In this document: one piece after another, positions 40,461-54,160 of the stretch
Position numbering within the stretch: position 1 is the first letter of the stretch
Layout of the letters: each line of letters opens with the position of its first letter
Origin: Octopus sinensis
Lineage: Eukaryota
Direction: 5' to 3'
NCBI RefSeq assembly: GCF_006345805.1
Contig: NC_042999.1
Coordinates: 71,734,001 to 71,798,000, forward strand
Length of the DNA: 64,000 nucleotides
Notes under the pieces: model-generated
What the model was told of the DNA's origin: nothing
The model's database searches: none
Seen by the model: only the letters and a program-made list of their open reading frames with translations
Position numbers and translations under genes: made by a program

Positions 40461-42424
40461 GCAGAGTATGGAGTGGAAAGACACGAAATCGCTAGCAATA
40501 AAGCGTTTCAAGTCTCAGCCTTCAGCAGAAAACATAATACTAACCGTTTTTTTTTTTGTTTTTGACTGTACTGGAACATTACCTGCAAAAAGGAATCTAC
40601 AGTCACAAGCGTTGGCTACACTGAAAAACTGCAAGTCTGTTACTCTGAACTGTTTCTCGTGCACAACAGAGATAACCCAAACTTTACTCGTCAGCAAGAT
40701 ATAAGGTAACAAATCGTGATCGAATCTAGAATACGTCATTGCACCTTAATCATGACGAGTTTTACAACGAGAGCCTTTACGATCGTCTTAATTACTGGGC
40801 CTCACTTAACGAAAATATGCCGTTCATATAACGGGGGCAACATGCTACTGGTTATCGCTTTTCATCGAAGCTAGGAAATACTTTATGCTCCAACAATTTT
40901 GAATTTCTTTAAAAAGGTTTTTCAAGGCTCACTGTGATGCATTATTCACACATCTGCAATGATACTGCCGCTTTTGTACACAGAGACATATTAGACTGCA
41001 TGCAGAAAATTGCAAAACGTCCAATTGTTACAAAATCACTTACAGTCATGATCCAGACTAAGGCACTGGTGCGCTGAGTCCTTTCCACACTTTTCTGGTG
41101 TTAGTGTACTTAACTTGTGCCCTTGGAATTGACTGGTTTCATGCCACATCCGCTTTGACTTCGACGCCCACTCATCTCCCAACTACAATCTCCTGCGCCA
41201 AAGTTAACCCTACACTTAGTTCTTCCGGTTATTATATCCGACGTCTGGAATTTTAAACTTTCTTTCCTTCTTCTTATATCATTCCTGAAGGTTCAGCCTT
41301 TCAATGATCCTATCATTTGTAAGCGTGTGTGGTATGGCAATTGTTTTAGATGTCTACGTAGTGAGAAGAAAACTCAGATACTCTCCTGGAAGCGAAACAT
41401 CGCTCATGTGAAAGCGAAGGAAGAAAGATCTGTACCAGCACTAGGATGGTATTACTTTATAGCTGTGTGAACTGGAACATAGTAAAATTTAATGCTTTGA
41501 TCAAGGACTCACGGAAATAATCGGTTCAGAAATTGAAATCTTGAACTTATAATCATGAACACACCATAACCACTTGACCATGCGCCTTCAAAATGACTAA
41601 TTCTTGTCAATCAGAGCAAAGGCAATAACATTGAATTTTAATTAATTATAATTAAAACAATATTGAATGTAGTAGGCCGTGTGTCAATCATTAGCAGTAC
41701 ATTTACACTTTTAGACATGCTTCAATATGTTGGATCTTTTGCAACATATCTTAGATGAGAGAAGAAGTATATAGGAGTTCTTATAATGAACATTTACGTT
41801 TACTCTAAGTAATTCTTCTAACGCATGACAATAGGGACCCTTTATCGTGTTGTTCCCTTCCCAAGATTAGCACCAAAATCTTGTATTCCATAAAGAACAC
41901 ATTAAGCAGTGAAATGTTACAAAGCTCAAGAACGTATGAAAGACGGAGTTGAATGCATTTCGCCATATGACTGCTTAAAAATATTTGTCATAGGGTTAAC
42001 CATTACACCACCAACATCAACGAAAACCATAACTACTACTACTTCTAATTCTAGCTATCGTGGCGAATCATTATGTGATCATTTGTCTTGATAGGAATAG
42101 TGGTCAAAATTTCCTCAAACCACCGTCTTAAAAAATGGATGGACACAACGAATGATAAAGTTCTTTGTATATCAAATGAAAAATCATTATCATGGATGGA
42201 ATAGTTCATCCTATTCTGCTCAATTAGAATTGACCTATAGTGAAACATCAGCATCAGCAACTAATTCGCTGTATTCTTAATGAAGTAAATAATTGAACCA
42301 TTTATTTTCCTTCTTTCTATAACGCGTGCACCAGACTGTATTTAAAGTGTCTGCTTTGCTCAATAAAATCATCTCGAAGAGAAATGGTTGCTGCCTTAAT
42401 TCCACCTTTCTTACTTTTTTCTGT

Positions 42425-42923
42425 GACATTGCCGTAGCGGGAGACTGTTCTCTCTGAAAAGCACGGCCGTAGCAACAGAATTGTTTCTCTTGTGGTATGA
42501 GCAGTTCCCCCATTTTGCTGGAACCATGTGTGAGGTATACTTTGAATGGCATTCACATTTCCCAGACTTGACTAGCCCGGATTGTTTCTTGCAGAAATAC
42601 CCGAAAGTGAGGGTTTACATCAACAAACCGGAGACCTGGTGGAACTGAAGAGGAACATCAATATAGAAATCCGAGAAGTGGGATCTCAAACGCTTGATGA
42701 TGGTGTAATTTCTGGAAAGAGCACGGGCTTGCGAAGCCGAAAATGGCTGCTATTTAAGGGATGTCATATTTCATATGCGATGTACTGATGTTGCAAAATT
42801 TGACTTTGGCACATTACTTTCCATTAAGTACTTTATATTGTATCAAAATTTCAATTATTTATATGTAAAGTTAAGGTTGTTATTAAATATTGAATCCCAC
42901 CCGTTACTTTTGGGACACCCTGT
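42425..42923 (+). mobile_element. Tc1/mariner DD41D-type transposase relic with right TIR; segment 42425-42543 inverted
   Basis: Minus strand WFQQNGGTAHTTRETILLLRPCFSERTVSRYGNV; plus strand EWHSHFPDLTSPDCFLQKYPKVRVYINKP; terminal ttttgggacaccctg. Confidence 0.85.
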
Positions 42924-44640
42924 TTAAGGCAAAGACTATTTCAGTGTATTCTATAACACATTTTCTACTTATCTATAACCAATCACAGAATTTCCATAAT
43001 TTGCTAATAGAAACCATAGGTACATCATATGGTGAACAATTTATCATTTTTCTCTTGTTACTCTAACCCCACTAAGGGTCAGAACACCAAAGTATATTAA
43101 GTTTCCAAGTCTGTTTATTTACTAAAATAGTGAATCGTAAAATCAATAAATCAACAATTCGCGATGTTCTACGATTGTATGTATTTGTGTTCAATAAGAA
43201 TGTAACATTTTTCAATATTTTTCAACATAGCTAATGAGCCAAAGTCAAACCCCACTACATAGTGACTTGACGTTGTAGCAGTAGCAACCAAATCTCTTTC
43301 GTCGGGTTATGTAATCCTAAATATATTATTTCAGAAAATAATTACAATTAGGGATTAGCCAAGAAAACTTTTGATCATAGGTGTGTTTATCAATTCTAAA
43401 TTGTGATGAAACAACTAGAGAAAAAACAAAATGCCAGTAATAACAACGAAAACCATATCGATTATATCAGCAACAACAGTAATAACTATTGCAACAGCAC
43501 TAAAAATATGGAATAAATAGTTGTGATAACCCCAGAAATAGCAATTACAACACCAGCACTACTTAGTGTTTAGAAATAACAGCTGAGCAGCTTTCAAATC
43601 TAACCACTCCGTATTGAAAGAACGCACTGAATAATTAGCGTTTGGTCACATTTGTTCAGCGAAAGCTGACTTGGAACTGAACAACGAATACCATCACCGT
43701 CTTCATTAGAATTACACATTGATTAGTTAATGTGGTTGTGGCTGTAGAGTGTTTGAGAAAAAACAAGGGATAGAGATGGATGGAGTGACTTTAGTCATAG
43801 GATTGCACGATTAAAATTGATGTTTGTATTGTAATGGAGGGAAATGACAATTCAGATCACAAAGAAACAGCAGAAGTAATTGTATTCCTCTAAGCTACTC
43901 TAGTTTAAAGCCATCAATTGTTTTTCAGATAGCTTAATTAATATTCTGTACTTTTTACTTCGTACGTGTCATTCTCAGAAATGATATATCATTATATTGT
44001 TGAAACTAGTACTGTTCGTCTAAAACTATAGTTTCTCTCCTGTAGGCTTATGATTTCGTAGAAGTTTGGAAAACAAATATATTATTTTTTATTTCATTTT
44101 ATGTTCAATTGGTTCAAATTTATTTCATTTTTGCTATTCTTTTTTACGTCACCTCCAGCTTTACATTATTTCCAACTTTATATGCTATCTTTGAGATACA
44201 CAATATAGTAATAGAAACAGATTTGAGGAAAGTTGTGATAAATATTCCAAGAGCAAAATATATTATTCTCCATATATAATAAAGTGTATTACTTTCAGTG
44301 AGATGCAATACTATTAAGTTTTAAACCTCAGTGATATATATGGTGTATAATTCTTCAATTTCATCCCTCCAGTATTCAATTATCTTGTATTCAACAGCGT
44401 AATTAACTTTATGCTTTAAGCTATTATAAGCTTATTATCTTGAAGACTAGTGAATACTTTGATTAATGATTAACGTTTCTAGATATTTGCAAACCAATGA
44501 GAATGTTTCCAACAAAAGTTGATAATTCGTTACTATTTTAAATAATTAGGATTCAGAAGTCATTTAAAAATATTTCAACTCAACAATTGATATTAATCCT
44601 CTTTATAAGAGGATTATAATTACTTTCTTTTCATATTCAG

Positions 44641-44658
44641 CAACAGAATCTAAGTTAT
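44641..44658 (+). CDS. Candidate 18-nt microexon (x-TESKL-) upstream of the LDLa exon
   Basis: Acceptor tactttcttttcatattcag| and consensus donor |gtaagt. Length is a multiple of 3 and it is open in phase 1, compatible with the LDLa exon. No protein homology evidence. Confidence 0.33.
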
Positions 44659-45377
44659 GTAAGTAATAATGTTAGTCATCTTGTAAGGGAAACTTGAAAT
44701 TAGTAAGATAGTCTTTGCATTAAGATATATTTTGTTACTTCAGTAGAAAACTATATAATATTCTCGTGAATGATTTGCAACGAGATGCTTCTGAACCTGA
44801 CATTCTTTTTCTCTAATACAGTATCTTACACTCCTTGATGAATTAATTTATTGTCATTGGCCGTTCCTAACCATCTCTAGTTTCCTCAGATACCTTTTTT
44901 TTTTATTTACGATTATTTCTTAATATTTGTTTTGAAAAATTTAATCTTTTCAAAAATAAATCTCTGATCACTTTGTGTGTTATAGAAGCTAATTCAACGA
45001 TCAGACATTTTTTACATTTCTAGTCCAAATATGACAGCTATGTCTAGACAGCTATCAGTGAATACGTCTAATTGATAAAAAGAAATTAAAGATAAAATAT
45101 TAACTTTATAAAAAAATTTTAATTCAATATGTAAACTCTGGCAGAAAATATCAAAAATAATTACATTATCAATTAACTAAGTTCTAAAACTACAAGTCTT
45201 CAACCGAATACTAAAGAAATGCAATTGGTCATATAAAACCGACTTTTTAATGATGTATTCCTCCAGGTATTACAATTTATTACGAGATTCTCACAATACA
45301 TAACCTCAGCTATTCATCAACAACTTTTATTTAAAAAAATCTCATCACAAACGCATATCTATCTATCTATCTATCTC

Positions 45378-45409
<32 letters not shown>

Positions 45410-45449
45410 CCTAACTATATACCTATCTATCCATCTATCTATCTATCTA

Positions 45450-45503
<54 letters not shown>

Positions 45504-45547
45504 GTATGCATGTATGTATATATGTATGTATGTATGTATATATGTAT

Positions 45548-45713
45548 AGGCGCAAGAGTGGCTGTGTGGTAAGTAGCTTGTTTACCAACCACATGGTTCC
45601 GGGATCAGTCCCACTGCATGGCATCTTGGGCAAGTGTCTTCTACTATAGCCTCGGGCCGACCAAAGCCTTGTGAGTGGATTTGGTAGACGGAAACTGAAA
45701 GAAGCCCGTCGTA

Positions 45714-45755
<42 letters not shown>

Positions 45756-46010
45756 ATATATATAGATATATATATATGTGTGTGCGTGTATGTTTGTGTG
45801 TCTGTGTTTGTCCCCCTAGCATTGCTTGACAACCGATGCTGGTGTGTTTATGTCCCCGTCACTTAGCGGTTCGGCAAAAAAGACCGATAGAATAAGTACT
45901 GGGCTTATAAAGAATAAGTCCCGGGGTCGAGTTTCTCGATTAAAGGCGGTGCTCCAGCATGGCCGCAGTCAAATGACTGAAACGAGCAAAAGAGTAAAGA
46001 GAAAAGAGAG
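45548..46010 (+). mobile_element. Composite tRNA-derived SINE, full length
   Basis: tRNA-like head, internal (TA)n/(TG)n and 3' tail gcatggccgcagtcaaatgactgaaac. Confidence 0.92.
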
Positions 46011-46940
46011 TATGTATGTAAGTATGTATGTATGTATGTATGTATGTATGTATGTATGTATGTATGTATGTATGTATGTATGTATGTATGTATGCATGTA
46101 TCTCATTAAATTTCCATTGTCTACCTATCTCCTTCAATCATATGCTCTCATTTCTTACTTTTTTCTCTTATTATTCGACGTCTGACATGCTGGGGCACTA
46201 CCATCGTGGTTTTAGATGTTCCCATCAACTCCAATACTAATTTTAGTCTGGTTGGTACTAATTTGATTTTGTGGAAGAGCCATTTCAGCGATTTAAAAAC
46301 ACAAAAAGTAATCTATATACATTTTTCATTAATTTCTAATCAGTACAGTCTTCTGTGAACTCGATATTAATTCAGTTCCACTCTATCTATTGAAAGTCGC
46401 AGGATTTATATAAGCCTCGGTGCTTTTCTTACCTTTCTTACTTTCCATAGATGAAATGTAATTGTGTCAGATATGCAATGAACATATTATACCTTATTGT
46501 GAAGTAAACCGCTTTCCTGTATCCTCACACGGGTCAGATAAATTGTCCTTTAAGAAATTATATCGGTTGCCACATATTAAGTCAATTGTCAAACAAGTTC
46601 AATTGCCAATCCTGTTTTATCAGTCAATCTTCATGGAATAACTAAATCTTCTGATTTGAGGGTGTAAACTGATGTATCATGACACACGGGATTATGAAAA
46701 TACAGATATACATGTGTGTATGTGTAAGTGTGTGTATGTGTGAGTGTGTGCGTGTGTGCGTGGATGTGTGTGTGTGTACGTGTGTGTGTGTTGTATGTAG
46801 CGAGGAAGTCCGCCACGTAACCATTGTGTGTCTTATTCAGCAAAGGTTAACCAAAAACGTGAGTGTCATTTATTAGCGGAAAATCTCTTGATTACATTTA
46901 CTTGCGCGCGCATATGCATTCATATGTACTTAGATACTTC

Positions 46941-48760
46941 GGTTTCGGCTAGAATTGGCCCAAGCCATGCCCAACGTATTAGCATTCCAGAAAATACATT
47001 TAATGATATTTCATATTACAGTTATTCTTAGGGCACCATAGCCCATTCGAGAAAAGAGTTATTGTTTGCAAATATATTTCCGAGTATAGGTGGTTTCTCT
47101 GGAATTTGCCGGCAATATTCGTCCAGGAACCGTCTGAATGCTCTAAGATCTTTTTTCGTCTCTTGTGTGTCTAGTTATGATGTTAAAGAGAGCAGAGCCA
47201 CTTAAGGTGAACTAGTTCTGTTTCACTGTTACGATATGATGCGAGCATGATTTTAGTAGAGGACGAATGTCACAGGGAAAAAGACTTGGGTGGATTTTAA
47301 AGTTTATGCCAACATCATTTGAGTAGTGCTATCGGAATATTTTTCACATCATGTAAATGATATGGTGCTCAAGCTAGCGTTGGAAGGAATAAAGTTTGAG
47401 TTTTTCGAGATGATCCCTATAACCAAGACCTGTCATTTAGTCTATTTTTATTGTGATCGATCTCTGAGGAGCTTCAAATATCTCATATTGTGTTTCGTGT
47501 AGAGAGATCAGCGGTGTTCAAGGTGAAGGCGGACGAAGGTGGATTAGGGAAGTCTCTTGATCGGGGAGTCCTGATGATTTAGAAGCATGTTTTGCAGGTG
47601 TTGTCATCTTTAATGTTCAAGTAGACACCTCAATTTAAATTCTTGTCGATAGTTACTCCGAGGTTCCTAGCGGTGTTCGATACCACGACACTTTCTCCCG
47701 AGAGAAGAGTATATATTGGCTTAACTGCAGTCTCTTCATTGATTACAGGGAGCAGATCAGATTGGAGATTCGTCCGCTCTCCTGCCCTGTCAACAACTTT
47801 CAGAAGCTTAGAAAATGTTAATGCTGCTGCATTAATGACGTCAATGATGTCAATAATGTAAAAATGAAAAGGGCTGGGCACAAAACTGTGTCTTGTGGTG
47901 CTCCATTGATGATTCTTGCCGAGCTTGATCGTACATGACTATTCACCACATGCTGAGTTCTGATCACCAAAAAACATTCAGTCCATATTCATAATTTTCC
48001 CTCATATTCCAGTGTTGAGTAGTTTCTTTAATAGGATCCTATGGTCAACATTGTCAAAGGTTGCTGAAGTAAAGATAGATGACGTCTGCATTGGGCCCCT
48101 CTCCCAGAGACTTTAGGATGTCGTCAAAACGAAGCAGGAGCTGTATTAATTAGTCCCTGTTTGGGGAGACCGTACTGATTGGGAATAAGTAGATTGGGAA
48201 GTGAGTCACTGAAGATCTTACCACTCTGTCAAATAATTTGATGATACGAGAAGCAAGTGAGATCGGTCGGTAATTCACTGAATGCAATTTTTTTGGGGGG
48301 AAAACTGGCACAATGGACTAAGGAAATTAGCCAGCGTCGTGACTTTTTCCAGACAATAGTTGATATCGTCACTCCTTCAGGATTTTAACGGGGAACCTGC
48401 CAGGGCCTGCAGCTGTGTTGTCTGTAATTTTTGTTAATAGCTGCTAAGATATACGGGGTACCGAATGATATATCGGATAGGGTGTGCTGGGGTTTTGTTT
48501 CACCGATGCTGTCAGGGTTAACCACGTCGGATTTGTTGAAAGTGGAGCGGTATCGTTTCTCCAGAATCGCAAACATGTCTTCTGCACCACTATACAGAGT
48601 GTCGTCTTCATCTGTCAGAGGTCCAACAGACCCGTTGGGATTGTGTTTATATCAATGGCCCACTATTCTTCTATTTCTCTGTGACTATCGATATTTTGAA
48701 GCGGGCTTAACAGTAACAAGAGATCAGTTACTGATAGAGATTTTCAATACGGAGAGCAGA
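46941..48760 (-). mobile_element. CR1-group LINE, degenerate RT to 3' end
   Basis: Motifs VGPLTDEDD...MFAILEKRYRSTF, LSDISF, RNLGVTIDKNL and FLDEYCRQIPEKP...NNSFLEW; 3' tail shared with 56385-56415. Confidence 0.85.
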
Positions 48761-49259
48761 ATCAGATATATTATAAAATTTGCGTTGAATAGTACTTCCA
48801 ATTTCACCTGGCGACGTATTGTACTAGGTGAACAAACCGTTAGTCAAAATTTAAAATTCGATTCAACACGAAATTTATAACAATATACCTTATGTGTACG
48901 CATTTGTTGTATGCGATTTTGTATATGAGAGCTGATATGTAAATCTAACATTCTGTAACCTTTAAAGAAAACAGGGTAATTGTCAGTCAAAATAGCGTAT
49001 GCATGTCTGTCGGCATAAACATTCGTCTATGCAAGAATTTTATGTAATGTAAATAGCTAATTCTCCCTCAAACAACAGCCTTTTGTTTTTTAAAAGAGGA
49101 GACTGATTTATATAGCCCAAAATACATTCTGTCTCAAAACGAAAACAGAATGTCACAGGTGCAATATCTCTGACGATTACTTCTCTTAATTATGTCTTAC
49201 TTGCAATTCGACGACGGCAACATTCTGTTACGATAAACGCAAATACATGGCTATGCAGC

Positions 49260-49510
49260 TGTGAAATTCACTTCGCAATTACTTGATTTCTGGTTCAATT
49301 CCATTGCACGGCAGCTTCAGCAGGTGTATTCTAGTATAGCCCTGGGATGATAATGCCTTATGATTTGAAGCCCGTCGTATAAGCCGTTGTGAGTGTTTTG
49401 CGTTTGTTTCCACATTGCTTGACAACCGTTGTTAGTTTATTTACGTTTCCATAGCGAAACGGCTCAGTAATATGAAGCGATGTAATAAATGTAAGTACTG
49501 AGGCATATTT
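49260..49510 (+). mobile_element. Old degenerate composite SINE
   Basis: Residual gaagcccgtcgtata, cattgcttgacaacc and taagtactg match the 45548 family. Confidence 0.6.
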
Positions 49511-49637
49511 ATTTAATGAAACATTTCGAGACTGAAACAGGTAAGAGTAAAAGGCAAACGAAAAATGCATGTTAACGTGTGAACGCATGACTATTACATA
49601 GCAGTTGTTTTGAATCTAACGTAATTGCATTAATGTT

Positions 49638-49724
<87 letters not shown>

Positions 49725-49728
49725 CGTG

Positions 49729-49761
<33 letters not shown>

Positions 49762-50074
49762 ATGGCAGAGAAATTGAAAAGCAAGGAGAAATACAATACG
49801 GATTTCTATAAGCCGTTGTAATGAATTTGTAACCTGTGTGTTTTGTAAGAAAACTTTAGGCACAGGTAATAAAATTAATGTACCGTCAGCATGTCAAAAG
49901 GCTTTCTATGCAATCACATTAAAATATATATGATTGTACAGTTGTAGGATGATTTGGTTAAATGCATTTTAAATTTAAAGCAATCTATGTTTGGATGTGT
50001 TTTTTTAGTACATATTTTTCCGAAAGTGCTTGCATGAATTGCTAAAATATAACTGTATAAGAATGTATATATAT

Positions 50075-50123
<49 letters not shown>

Positions 50124-50706
50124 ATATATATATACATATATACATATACATATATATATATATTTATACATATATATATATATTTATACGTATATATTTA
50201 TATATATATATATTCCTTTGTTGATGAGTTAGTCTTTAAGATCAAAGGTAAATTCACTCTTGAACGTCAATATGATAGTAAAAGATGACATTCTACTATG
50301 TGTCGTTAGAAGAAATAAGTATAGACACTCATAGGCATGCGTGTGAATATGTACACATGTGTATTAGTGAAATGCGTGATTCATGCTTTGCAACCATTTC
50401 ATCTAGAAAATAAAAGAGCTTGAGTGACTGCACTCATTCATAATTATATAAAGCTATTCTTCTAAATGTGGGTCTTTGTACTTATGTTAGAAATTATTGT
50501 TTAATTCAGAGTATATGCTTATTCCAAGATGACTTTGCCGAAACTTCAGAGCGTTGATGTAATAAACCCAGATACCATATCAAAGCCGCCTTTCTCTTTC
50601 ATCTTTCATGTTACTTTGATCAGTATAATGGACTGTTACTCCCTCGCACTTATGTTAGAAACAGTTATTACTATAATCCCTTTGTTTTGTTTTTTTTATT
50701 TTGCAG

Positions 50707-50856
50707 CTACAATCTATGCCAGTTTTTTGATTCCTTGCCAAACAGAAAATGCATTTACCTGCGATGAAGCCAGTAAAGAATGTATATCAGCTGAGCAAAA
50801 ATGCAATGGTATCAGCGAATGCAGCAATGGATTTGATGAAAGTGTTAAGACGTGTG
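50707..50856 (+). CDS. Internal coding exon encoding one LDL-receptor class A (LDLa) module of an unidentified secreted or membrane protein
   Basis: Acceptor tttgttttgttttttttattttgcag| and donor G|gtaagt. Length 150 nt, phase 1-1. Peptide TIYASFLIPCQTENAFTCDEASKECISAEQKCNGISECSNGFDESVKTC has six Cys in LDLa spacing and an acidic CNG..EC..G.DE motif. Confidence 0.88.
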
Positions 50857-51119
50857 GTAAGTTTTATGCGATTAACTATTCTGCTTACAGTGCAACAAAC
50901 TGTAAGTAATTATGTATATTATTAACTGTGTATCCGCCCGTCTACTTATCTGTAAAAATATCACTTAACACCGGTTCCTGCCTATGATAAATGTATGGAT
51001 ATGTACATAATCACACACGCATACACAGAGGTTCACATACATGCACACAGAAACACACACACACAGACACACACACATATATATAAATAGACATATATAC
51101 ATATATATATATGTATCTA

Positions 51120-51196
<77 letters not shown>

Positions 51197-52029
51197 CATA
51201 GATGGTAATCAGATATTGTCCTGTGTGTATATATAGATGTGTGTATGTATTTGTATGTAGTAAATTCTCTTTTTGTATGTATATCTCAAATCACATAAAG
51301 CTATAAATAATAAGGTGCAATTATAGGTTTAAAGATCCTTTGGTCAGAGAAGTTTAAGGGCGCGCGCGCACACACATTCACATGCACGCACACACATACA
51401 CACGTGCACAGACTGGTACTCAATGTACTTAATTTAGTTTCTTAGTTTACACGTCACTTTCAGTATTTATGTATCTGCTTTTGCATCTGCTTTGTATGTA
51501 TATGGGTACTTGCTTACATATTTACGTATGTAGATCTGCCTGTCTCTATATATATGTACACTAAAATAATGTGTGGTGTACTAAGAAATATGTTTCCACT
51601 CCATTCGTAACAGAATGATGACTAATGCATTGGACACTAGTAATTAATCATAGCTTCATCGCATAAATAACCTATATCTAATTCATGCATATTAAATAAG
51701 GCCACAGTTATATTTTATTTAAAACTATTGATAAAAATGTCTTATAATCTTGAAATTCTTTGAAAATGGAATAGAAACCAACCTCAATATTAGACGTAAA
51801 TCACTAATGAAATTAAAATCATTCTTACAACGTTTGGAGATTGGAGTGACCAGAGGAAAGCCACATATCCAAATATTGGAAATGCAATATATGCAGTAAT
51901 AAAGAATTTCGCCAAGCTGCTGTTTATATGATCTTAGATAGTTACCATAAACCTGGGAATTCTTTTGATAGCGTGACCTCAGGATATACTTGCCTTTGTA
52001 TGTTTTCCAGCAGAACCATGAATAAGGAT

Positions 52030-52930
52030 ATCTTTCAGCTTTCCAGTTGTAGAGAAACTTACATTAAATTGGTCATAAGCAAAGTTGGCTTCTTCAATAT
52101 GCAGTAAGCAACTGTCAATATTTGTTTTGGGGATTTAAAGATTGACATAGTACACTTTAAGCGTTCTGAGAGATAAAGTTGTCTTAATCGAAAGGGTATA
52201 TCTGTCGATGTGAGTGAAATCCTGGATATAATCATTCCTTCTCTTTTGGTGAACCCAGAGTGGGTAGTAGTATCAATAACAGATGGCAAAATCATTTGTT
52301 TTACCGATGATATAGATGAGGTTGATCTAAATTAAGTCAGAACGGAGGATGATCTAAAAGATTAGAAATTCATGATCCTCAGTGGCGTTTACTGATATGT
52401 AAATTTGATTATATCCTACAATAGCTACCAAATGCTGTTGTGTACTTGGAGAATAATTTTGTACAGCCACCTGCTAGTTGCCAAAAGATTTTACATCTTG
52501 AGAGCACTTTCGGTATCAGTTGCTTTACTTCCTGAACCTCTTCACATATTGGAACTATCGAGACTTCTCAAAAGCATCAGATTATTTTTCTCTCCAGGTC
52601 TGTACTGTGTTTGAGTAATTGCCGTTTACATATGCTAATAATGTGTCAAAAGTGATGGCTCTCTCTCAAAATCCTTGATGCTGGATTATTGACTTCTCTG
52701 TAGCTAAGTTACTCGAGGTCGTGTTTTTGAAGTTCTTGTTCATGTTGTATATGAACTTATTAATGTGATGCAGTGTAGATTCAATCTTCATATTCTATTT
52801 CCATATAGCAGCTTGATGCTTGAAATTTCCGGTATCAAGCGGATGAATCTTTGCAAGAGCCAAAGAAAATGAATGGTTCACAAATAGAACATTAAGACTC
52901 TTGGCTCTTTGAGACACACTTTTCTGACAA
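52030..52930 (-). mobile_element. Helitron Pif1-helicase C-terminal relic
   Basis: ERAI, LMLLRSLDSSNM (cf. IMLLRNLDPPKLCNG), IISRISLTSTDIPFRLRQLYLSERLKCTMSIFKSPKQIL (cf. LIPRIPL..SDLPF.FKRLQFPVRLAFAMTINKSQGQTL) and FAYDQFNVSFS (cf. FSHGQLYVALS) occur in the expected order. Confidence 0.8.
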
Positions 52931-53837
52931 TGCAACATCCTAGTGAGGATGTAAGGGAAAGTAGAACACGGCAGATTTTGAAATCAGAATATAAATAATC
53001 GGAAGAAATACCGGAAGACATTTTCCGGTGCCCTAACGATTCTGCAAATTCGATACCTAAGCAATAGTAGTATTAATAATGAATTCTACATAATATTGAT
53101 AGCAACGATCATAATGATTTCTGATTTAGGGACAATTCAGCAATTCTGAAGAGTGGCGGTTACGTCTGAAGAGTGGCGGTTACGTCTACCCCACTCATTT
53201 GAGTCTTTATTGTATCAACAGCGAAACAATGAAAGGTGAAGAAAGCACACCACAAGGTTTTTCTTCTAACGCTGTAACAGGGCCGCCAGCTCGTCGTCTT
53301 ATGTGGGGAGGGAATATGATAAAGTCGATTAAATCTTCTCCATTATTTGCATTGTACTTTATTTATCAACCCAGTATACGTTATTTATGAAACTTGGAAT
53401 GGTGAAAGACAAGCTGACTTTAGTACGATCTGGTATCATAACGTAAAGAGTTGCAAATAAATACAACATATATTGTCTGATATCATAGAGATACTGCTAC
53501 TCACAGGGCTGTCTATAATAGAAATTATAACAAAGAATTTTGCCATGGAAGTAAGGGTTGGCATATTTAAAGTACGTAACAAGTAGCATTTGTTTTATTG
53601 AACAACACTCAAATTAATGGCGAGGTCTGTTCCAGCAGGATCCAAAATCAAAACGTAGAGTATCCATACTATATACGGCAGTCACTTATATCTTTTGTTT
53701 TGTTGAATGCGCTACTCAGTATCAATTCCAAGCTCGCCAACATTAATATGTGTTGTTATATCAGAAATGTATTTTTTCAGGTTAATGTAAATGCTGAAAT
53801 ATGATAGTAATTAACAACTTTTTAGATGAAATCAAGT

Positions 53838-54160
53838 GAGGGCGCGTGGCTTAGTGGTTAGGGCATTCGGCTCATGATCGTAAGGTTGTGAGTTCGATTC
53901 CCAGCGACGCGTTGTGTCCCTGAGCAAGACACTTTATTTCACGTTGCTCCAGTCCACTCAGCTGGCAAAAATGAGTTGTACTTGTATTTCAAAGGGTCAG
54001 CCTTGTCACTCTCTGTGTCACGCTGATTTTCCCCGAGAACTACGTTAAGGGTACACGTGTCTGTGGAATGCTCAGCCATTTGCACGTTAATTTCACGAGC
54101 AAGCTGTTCCGTTGATCGTATCAGCTGGGACCCTCGTCGTCGTAACCGGCGGAGTCTTTT
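53838..54160 (+). mobile_element. tRNA-derived SINE, full length
   Basis: gcgtggcttagtggttaggg...gagttcgattccc head; same head family as 34231 with a different 3' body. Confidence 0.92.

Noticed and set aside
46451-46503. Strong acceptor followed by ATG (MKCNCVRYAMNILYLIV) as a first coding exon
   Set aside because: The available donor (AA|gtaaac) gives phase 2, incompatible with the phase-1 LDLa exon; the phase-1 reading hits a stop.
50529-50909. Full 126-aa ORF around the LDLa exon
   Set aside because: The parts outside 50707-50856 read through a polypyrimidine acceptor and a GTAAGT donor, so they are intronic.
53145-53186. 21-bp direct duplication tctgaagagtggcggttacg
   Set aside because: Simple slippage duplication at the edge of a decayed SINE; two units only, not a CRISPR-like array.
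53781-53810. Acceptor ttttttcag as the next exon after LDLa
   Set aside because: In phase 1 it gives an immediate stop (GGT TAA); no other support.
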